A stretch of DNA of 64,000 nt from the NCBI GenBank assembly GCA_001819815.1, contig MHNO01000009.1:71734-135733 (forward strand). The letters are read 5' to 3'. This document shows, in pieces, positions 59,197-64,000 of the stretch. The stretch comes from Candidatus Ryanbacteria bacterium RIFCSPHIGHO2_02_FULL_45_17b (lineage in GTDB: Bacteria; Patescibacteriota; Minisyncoccia; Ryanbacterales; 2-02-FULL-48-12). The notes under the pieces were generated by a model. The model worked only from the letters and a program-made list of their open reading frames with translations, was not told where the DNA came from and searched no databases. Numbering within the stretch: position 1 is the stretch's first letter; each line of letters begins with the position of its first letter. The position numbers and the translations under genes were made by a program.

Positions 59197-59841
59197 TCAA
59201 TCACCCTCCATTCGTAACATCTCCTCAAAAATATGCCTCCGTTGCACAGTTTCCCTCTCCACCAATTGTACCAAACCTGGTACGGTACCGCTATATTCCG
59301 AGACAAGTTTTTCCGCCCAACCTACCATGAAGTCATGATGTTGCTTCAACATACCGTCTGTTTGCGCATGGCGATATTCTTCGTGTGTTGCCTCTTTATG
59401 AGAATTGACCGCAAGTTGTGGATGGTTATCGGCACCATGCTTATTCTTCCATGCTTCCCGCTCATCAACCCATGGACCAGTTTCTAAAACTTCCAGACAC
59501 TCATGGGTCAAAATATATGGCTGGTGCTCCGGCGGACACGCTTCCTTATTTATAATTGGCCGTGACATTACCCCGCCAAAACCAAAAAACTCAGACATAG
59601 GAACGGGATCATCCCTTCCTTCATCCTTTGCACGCTTTGCAAATTGCTCACGAGAAAGAAACACGGCGCGCGCTCGTATGCGATCCAAGAGATCTTTCTT
59701 CAATTCAAGATTGGATCGATCCCGCTGATACACCTTTATTCCTTCCTCAAGACTAACTGTTTCTCGTGTTTCCGCATCAAATGACTTTTCAATGGACATA
59801 TAACTTTCTCTTAAAACAATCTTGGAAACATTTAATTTCAT
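59197..59841 (-). CDS. hypothetical protein
   Basis: 214-aa ORF, charged/His-rich. No family. Confidence 0.4.
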   Translation of the reverse strand: MKLNVSKIVLRESYMSIEKSFDAETRETVSLEEGIKVYQRDRSNLELKKDLLDRIRARAVFLSREQFAKRAKDEGRDDPVPMSEFFGFGGVMSRPIINKEACPPEHQPYILTHECLEVLETGPWVDEREAWKNKHGADNHPQLAVNSHKEATHEEYRHAQTDGMLKQHHDFMVGWAEKLVSEYSGTVPGLVQLVERETVQRRHIFEEMLRMEGD

Positions 59842-59888
59842 TTCTTATGTTATATACCCTGCGCTTTATGTTAGCTGATAAACCTAAA

Positions 59889-59935
59889 TTATATATCCAA
59901 ATTCTTCACTGCTTTTGCCGCTACTGCCATAGAAA
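59889..59935. repeat. direct-repeat copy (copy 2) of the gyrB 3' end, fused to the end of a 60-aa ORF
   Basis: ORF 59889..60071 ends AAKAVKNLDI*, identical to the last 9 residues of GyrB. Confidence 0.7.
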
Positions 59936-60045
59936 GCTTTTTCTCAATAGATTTTGGAAATTTACGCACTTCTCTATCGGCATGAATATAGCGATTATAA
60001 GCCACGCGCTCATTTTTTGTAAGCTTCTTATTAATGAAGGCATCG

Positions 60046-60309
60046 TCAGCAATAATATATTCTGGAAACACAATAGAAACCGATCTCCGGCTTCAATCCA
60101 GCGATCGCATGCAAAAGATCAGGGTCTTCTTCAGTTGCTTTCCGAAAAACAGAACTTTTTTCTTGCGCTTCCAAAAACCTTTTAACACCCATTTTAGCCT
60201 GTTCTGTAGTGGTGGGAAAATATTCCTGCACCATTGGGCCTTGTTCAAAATTTGAAGCTTTATTTTCAACTTCAATTGTGGGCTTTTCGATGGCCATACG
60301 TCTATCCAA
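60046..60309 (-). CDS. hypothetical protein
   Basis: 87-aa ORF in the cassette. Weak. Confidence 0.3.
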   Translation of the reverse strand: MDRRMAIEKPTIEVENKASNFEQGPMVQEYFPTTTEQAKMGVKRFLEAQEKSSVFRKATEEDPDLLHAIAGLKPEIGFYCVSRIYYC

Positions 60310-60312
60310 AAG

Positions 60313-60996
60313 CTAGAAACCTAACAGAGCTATTCGCCATTTCCGCAAACGCTGCTGACGAACATGCTCCGATCCTAATCGGTTTGGCGCTTGCGATACC
60401 CTAGGATCCCTTATCTCAATAAACTTTTCTTTCAAAAATGTGCGTGCTTCTTCGGGTGTTAACATGGTCTTAGAAAAGTCCAGCGGTTCCCCTGTATACT
60501 TCCAACTGCCTTCTGTATCGCCCTTAAACCTACTCCTTAGTTGAATCCACTCATTTACAGAAAAACGCTTCGTTTCCCCCTCGGACCTGTTCAGCGCATA
60601 CAATTCGATCTGCGACAATCGTTCCTCCACTTGTCTCCCACCACCCATGTCCACTTTCACTATCGCTTCACCAGTTTGCTGATCAAACCCCGAAAGCACT
60701 CGTGCCTCCTTCTCGCCCTCTTCACTTAAAATCTCTACATTGTCCCCCGCCTTGAGTTGCTTAGCCTGCTCCTCTCGAAATTCGCCTGTTTCAAGGTTAA
60801 ATCCTGCTTTCTCCGCTGCCTTACGCGCATCAGGAGTCGCTCGTAACAATTCAAGATCCTCTGCTATCTCTTCCTGAGACAAAGGATCGTTTCTTATTTC
60901 TAATTTTGCAGGAGCAGGGTCTATAAACGGTTTTTTCTTCGGCACACCCTCTTCGGGTGGTTGTGGATAATTATGAATTTGTCCTTCAAATCCCAT
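60313..60996 (-). CDS. hypothetical protein starting MGFEG (second cassette-leading gene)
   Basis: 227 aa. The start ATGGGATTTGAAGG lies 27 nt after the real gyrB stop. Confidence 0.45.
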   Translation of the reverse strand: MGFEGQIHNYPQPPEEGVPKKKPFIDPAPAKLEIRNDPLSQEEIAEDLELLRATPDARKAAEKAGFNLETGEFREEQAKQLKAGDNVEILSEEGEKEARVLSGFDQQTGEAIVKVDMGGGRQVEERLSQIELYALNRSEGETKRFSVNEWIQLRSRFKGDTEGSWKYTGEPLDFSKTMLTPEEARTFLKEKFIEIRDPRVSQAPNRLGSEHVRQQRLRKWRIALLGF

Positions 60997-61023
60997 ATAT
61001 TTTATAAGTTAGTTAATAATCTT

Positions 61024-63078
61024 CTATATGTCCAAATTCTTTACTGCTTTTGCGTGTGTTTGAATAAATGATTTTCGGGGCGCAACTTCGTCGCCCATGA
61101 GAATATCAAAAATATGGTCGGCTTCCGCCGCATCCCGAATGCTTACGCGCAATAACAACCTCTGCGCGGGATCCATAGTAGTTTCCCAAAGCTGATCCGG
61201 ATTCATCTCACCCAACCCTTTATACCGTTGGATATTAAATCCTTTATATGTCTCTCCAATACCCGATTCTCCGGATTGCTCTCCCTTAGATTCTGTGTCC
61301 ATATCTTCTTCTTGTGTTTTATGTTTTACGTTTTGCGCTTCGCGTTTTTCCTGCATCTCTTTTAATATGATTTCTTTTTGAGCATCCGAATACGCATAGC
61401 GAAACTCCCGCCCACGGCTTATTTTATAAAGCGGCGGCTGGGCTATATATAAGTATCCCGCTTCCACAACCGGCCGGTAATACCGATAAAACAATGTTAG
61501 CAACAATGTGCGAATATGGGCGCCATCCACGTCTGCATCGGTCATAATTACGATTTTGTGATAGCGAATTTTTTCCAAGCTAAACTCCTCCGCAATAGCG
61601 GCCCCAAGCGCGATAACAAGCGATTTAATTTCTTTGGACGCAAGCATTTTATCCAGCCGCGCCCGTTCCACGTTTAATATCTTTCCTCGTAGAGGCAAAA
61701 TTGCCTGCGTGCGCCGATCGCGAGCACCCTTGGCACTACCACCGGCGCTATCTCCCTCCACAATGAAGATTTCCGATTCTTCCGCGCTCTTTGACTGACA
61801 ATCGGCAAGTTTTCCGGGGAGCGTCATTCCTTCTAAAATACCTTTGCGTAAAATAGTATCTTTGGCGGCTTTGGCGGCTTTGCGCGCTTTGGAAGCAAGA
61901 ATAACTTTACCCGCGATAGCACGCGCATCCGCGGGGTTTTCTTCCAAATACGAGGAAAACAATTCCGCAAAACAAGATTCCACCGCGGTACGCGCCTCGG
62001 GATTTCCTAACTTTGATTTCGTTTGTCCTTCAAACTGTGTTTCTCTTAATTTTACCGAGACAACAACCGTAAGTCCTTCACGCACATCTTCCCCAATCAA
62101 ATTTTCTTCATCTTGTTTTAAGTAACTATTTTTTCGGGAATAATCATTTAACACACGCGTGAGCGCGGTGCGAAAGCCCGTAATATGCATGCCTCCCTCG
62201 GGGGTGTGTATATTATTCGCAAATCCCATTTCGCGCGCCTGCAAGTCATCAGCATACTGCAACGCGATTTCAATTTGAATATCGTTTACTGTTTTCTCCG
62301 CGTAAAAAACCGTGTCGTGAATGACGGTGATATCACGATTCAAATGCTTTACAAACGACTTGATGCCGCCTTCAAAATAGAACGCGTATTTGTGCTCGTT
62401 TGCGGCATCGCTTTTTCGTTGATCATGAAATGAAATACGAACACCGCGCGTAAGATATGCCTGTTGGCGAAGTTTATCAAGTACGCGCTTTTCGTTAAAT
62501 TCAATCTCGCTGAATATCTGCGGATCAGGCTCAAACAGAATAGTGGTGCCATTCGCGCCGCACTTACCGACTTTTTTTACATCTGCTTTTGGTTTTCCGC
62601 GCTCGTATTCCTGGGCATATAAACTCCCCTCTTTGCATACTTCTGCGCGCATATACACGGAAAGCGCGTTTACCACCGACGCTCCCACGCCATGCAAACC
62701 GCCCGATACTTTATATGCTTCTCCGCCAAATTTTCCGCCCGCGTGAAGCGTGGTCATAATAGTTTCGAGAGCAGATTTTTTTGTCTGTTTATGAATATCT
62801 ACCGGAATACCGCGGCCATCATCAGACACGCGAACTTGGTTTTTTGGAAGAAGAACAATTTCAATATTCTTTGCGTGTCCCGCCATGGCTTCATCTATTG
62901 AATTGTCCACTATCTCCCAAATGAGATGATGCAATCCATCCGGTCCGGTAGAGCCAATATACATGCCCGGGCGCTTGCGTACCGGCTCTAGCCCTTCCAA
63001 CACAAAAATATCCTTCGCGCCGTAGTCGGAAGATGAACTTGCTTCAGATTTTTTCTCTTTGGATTCTTTTTTAGCCAT
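61024..63078 (-). CDS. gyrB: DNA gyrase subunit B
   Basis: GHKL ATPase, transducer and TOPRIM domains (EGDSAGG) and a C-terminal tail. 684 aa. Confidence 0.95.
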   Translation of the reverse strand: MAKKESKEKKSEASSSSDYGAKDIFVLEGLEPVRKRPGMYIGSTGPDGLHHLIWEIVDNSIDEAMAGHAKNIEIVLLPKNQVRVSDDGRGIPVDIHKQTKKSALETIMTTLHAGGKFGGEAYKVSGGLHGVGASVVNALSVYMRAEVCKEGSLYAQEYERGKPKADVKKVGKCGANGTTILFEPDPQIFSEIEFNEKRVLDKLRQQAYLTRGVRISFHDQRKSDAANEHKYAFYFEGGIKSFVKHLNRDITVIHDTVFYAEKTVNDIQIEIALQYADDLQAREMGFANNIHTPEGGMHITGFRTALTRVLNDYSRKNSYLKQDEENLIGEDVREGLTVVVSVKLRETQFEGQTKSKLGNPEARTAVESCFAELFSSYLEENPADARAIAGKVILASKARKAAKAAKDTILRKGILEGMTLPGKLADCQSKSAEESEIFIVEGDSAGGSAKGARDRRTQAILPLRGKILNVERARLDKMLASKEIKSLVIALGAAIAEEFSLEKIRYHKIVIMTDADVDGAHIRTLLLTLFYRYYRPVVEAGYLYIAQPPLYKISRGREFRYAYSDAQKEIILKEMQEKREAQNVKHKTQEEDMDTESKGEQSGESGIGETYKGFNIQRYKGLGEMNPDQLWETTMDPAQRLLLRVSIRDAAEADHIFDILMGDEVAPRKSFIQTHAKAVKNLDI

Positions 63079-63295
63079 GAGTAGTTGTATTGTTTGTATT
63101 TGCTTGCTTCGTCAGTACAAAAATATAAAAAATTTCAAGCAAGCCCATTGTGTTTATAAGTAAAAGCGCAACAAACCATCCGCGCTCATTTCGGCGGGCC
63201 GCCTTCCAAAGTGCTACTGCTTTCCATGGCAACGTCCATAAAGCAATAAGCAAAAATACCCACCAAAACTGTTTAACAAAAATTTCCACATACAT
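63071..63295 (-). CDS. small 2-TM membrane protein
   Basis: MYVEIFVKQFWWVFLLIALWTLPWKAVALWKAARRNERGWFVALLLINTMGLLEIFYIFVL. The start is probably the internal Met. Confidence 0.4.
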   Translation of the reverse strand: MYVEIFVKQFWWVFLLIALWTLPWKAVALWKAARRNERGWFVALLLINTMGLLEIFYIFVLTKQANTNNTTTHG

Positions 63296-63415
63296 AGATA
63301 TAAATATTTTATCACCTTTTCTAAACACCAGCACTATTGACAAATAGCACACGTTGTGCATAATAGAGACAAATCTACAAGGAGGATGAGGTATTCACCC
63401 TAAAGGAGGTTCGTT

Positions 63416-63691
63416 GTGAGCTATGAGAAATACATTCTCCGTCTCATTCTAGAAATTCCGCTTTCAGAATTTGACGGCGATATGCGTATGCCAACTCGCT
63501 TGGAAACGTCCATGCGCGTGGCAAATGTGCATACACTTCGGGAAATATTCACGCAATACCAAAATCAGGCAGCTCTTTTGTCAGCCACGCAAGTCGGTAA
63601 AAAAACGGTGCGAGATTTTGTCGCGATTCTTATGGAGCTTGAGAAACGTCATGGCGTTCGCTTTGATTGGTTAGAACATCCAAAGACCTAA
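63416..63691 (+). CDS. hypothetical protein with an RNA-polymerase-alpha-CTD-like helix-hairpin-helix
   Basis: GTG start with an AAAGGAGG RBS. LETSMRVANVHTLREIF...ATQVGKKTVRDFVAIL resembles an alphaCTD HhH. Confidence 0.4.
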   Translation: MSYEKYILRLILEIPLSEFDGDMRMPTRLETSMRVANVHTLREIFTQYQNQAALLSATQVGKKTVRDFVAILMELEKRHGVRFDWLEHPKT

Positions 63692-63716
63692 CCAAAATCA
63701 GGAAAGGAGTACTCTG

Positions 63717-64000
63717 ATGAGTAACACATTATTTCTGGAAGAAAAGTTGTTTGGCGCACAGGAAGAAACAAAGCGCAACTTGGATGCACTGGTTGCATCC
63801 TGTGGAAAACACCCGACCGAAGAAGATGAGGAGAAAATTATAACCCTCAAAATCAAGTTGGATACTCTACAAAAGATTGCACTCATTAACTCTCTTGTGG
63901 AGTATGGCGAAAGCTCCACAGAACTTGAGAAGATGTGTGTACCAGAGACACCCGGTGTAGTGCATATGTACGGGTGTAACGCGCTCGAGTACATCGAGCT
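63717..64000 (+). CDS. hypothetical protein, N-terminal part (runs off the right edge)
   Basis: ATG at 63717 preceded by a GGAAAGGAG RBS. Open frame MSNTLFLEEKLFGAQEETKRNLDALVASCGKHPTEEDEEK... to the window end. Confidence 0.4.
   Translation, partial: MSNTLFLEEKLFGAQEETKRNLDALVASCGKHPTEEDEEKIITLKIKLDTLQKIALINSLVEYGESSTELEKMCVPETPGVVHMYGCNALEYIE

Overview
The window looks like a compact, gene-dense bacterial chromosome with short genes and little intergenic space. By inference it may come from a small-genome, CPR/Patescibacteria-like organism; I cannot confirm the lineage from sequence alone. Most of the window is housekeeping genes on the minus strand: rarA, a MacAB-like tripartite ABC pump, holB, mreB, murA, murC, def and fmt (plus strand), gap, trxB, a complete F1Fo ATP synthase gene set, pepA, secDF, rplK-nusG-secE and gyrB. 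The standard genetic code fits: genes end at TGA/TAA/TAG. I found no tRNA genes, rRNA genes or CRISPR arrays. The notable content is structural. (1) The ATP synthase operon is broken twice by same-strand insertions. About 5.4 kb of accessory cassettes lies between atpA and atpG. It carries an AbiEii-type nucleotidyltransferase, a HEPN-MNT pair, two pilin-like genes sharing one N-terminus, and a retropepsin-like protease with a small partner. Each cassette ends in a direct-repeat copy of the first ~85 bp of atpG. A 983-aa surface-protein gene lies between atpD and atpC. (2) A second array sits downstream of gyrB. Its cassettes, including a VapBC pair, are separated by copies of the last ~30-45 bp of gyrB. 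Two of them start their first gene with MGFEG exactly 27 nt after the repeat. Both arrays look like serial site-specific integration at a gene end with target duplication, with no integrase in view. (3) A ~51-bp perfect palindromic element (GGAGGCGAAACCTCC arms) is inserted in frame into both fmt and a GT39 glycosyltransferase gene, in the manner of Rickettsia palindromic elements. (4) A MITE-like inverted-repeat element occurs three times (full, shorter and remnant). Other points of interest: a 21-bp x7 perfect tandem repeat encoding a heptad-repeat protein; two tandem paralogs whose motif arrangement resembles the beta-carbonic-anhydrase zinc site; and a ~1-kb region (11.7-12.65 kb) with low coding content and nested hairpins.
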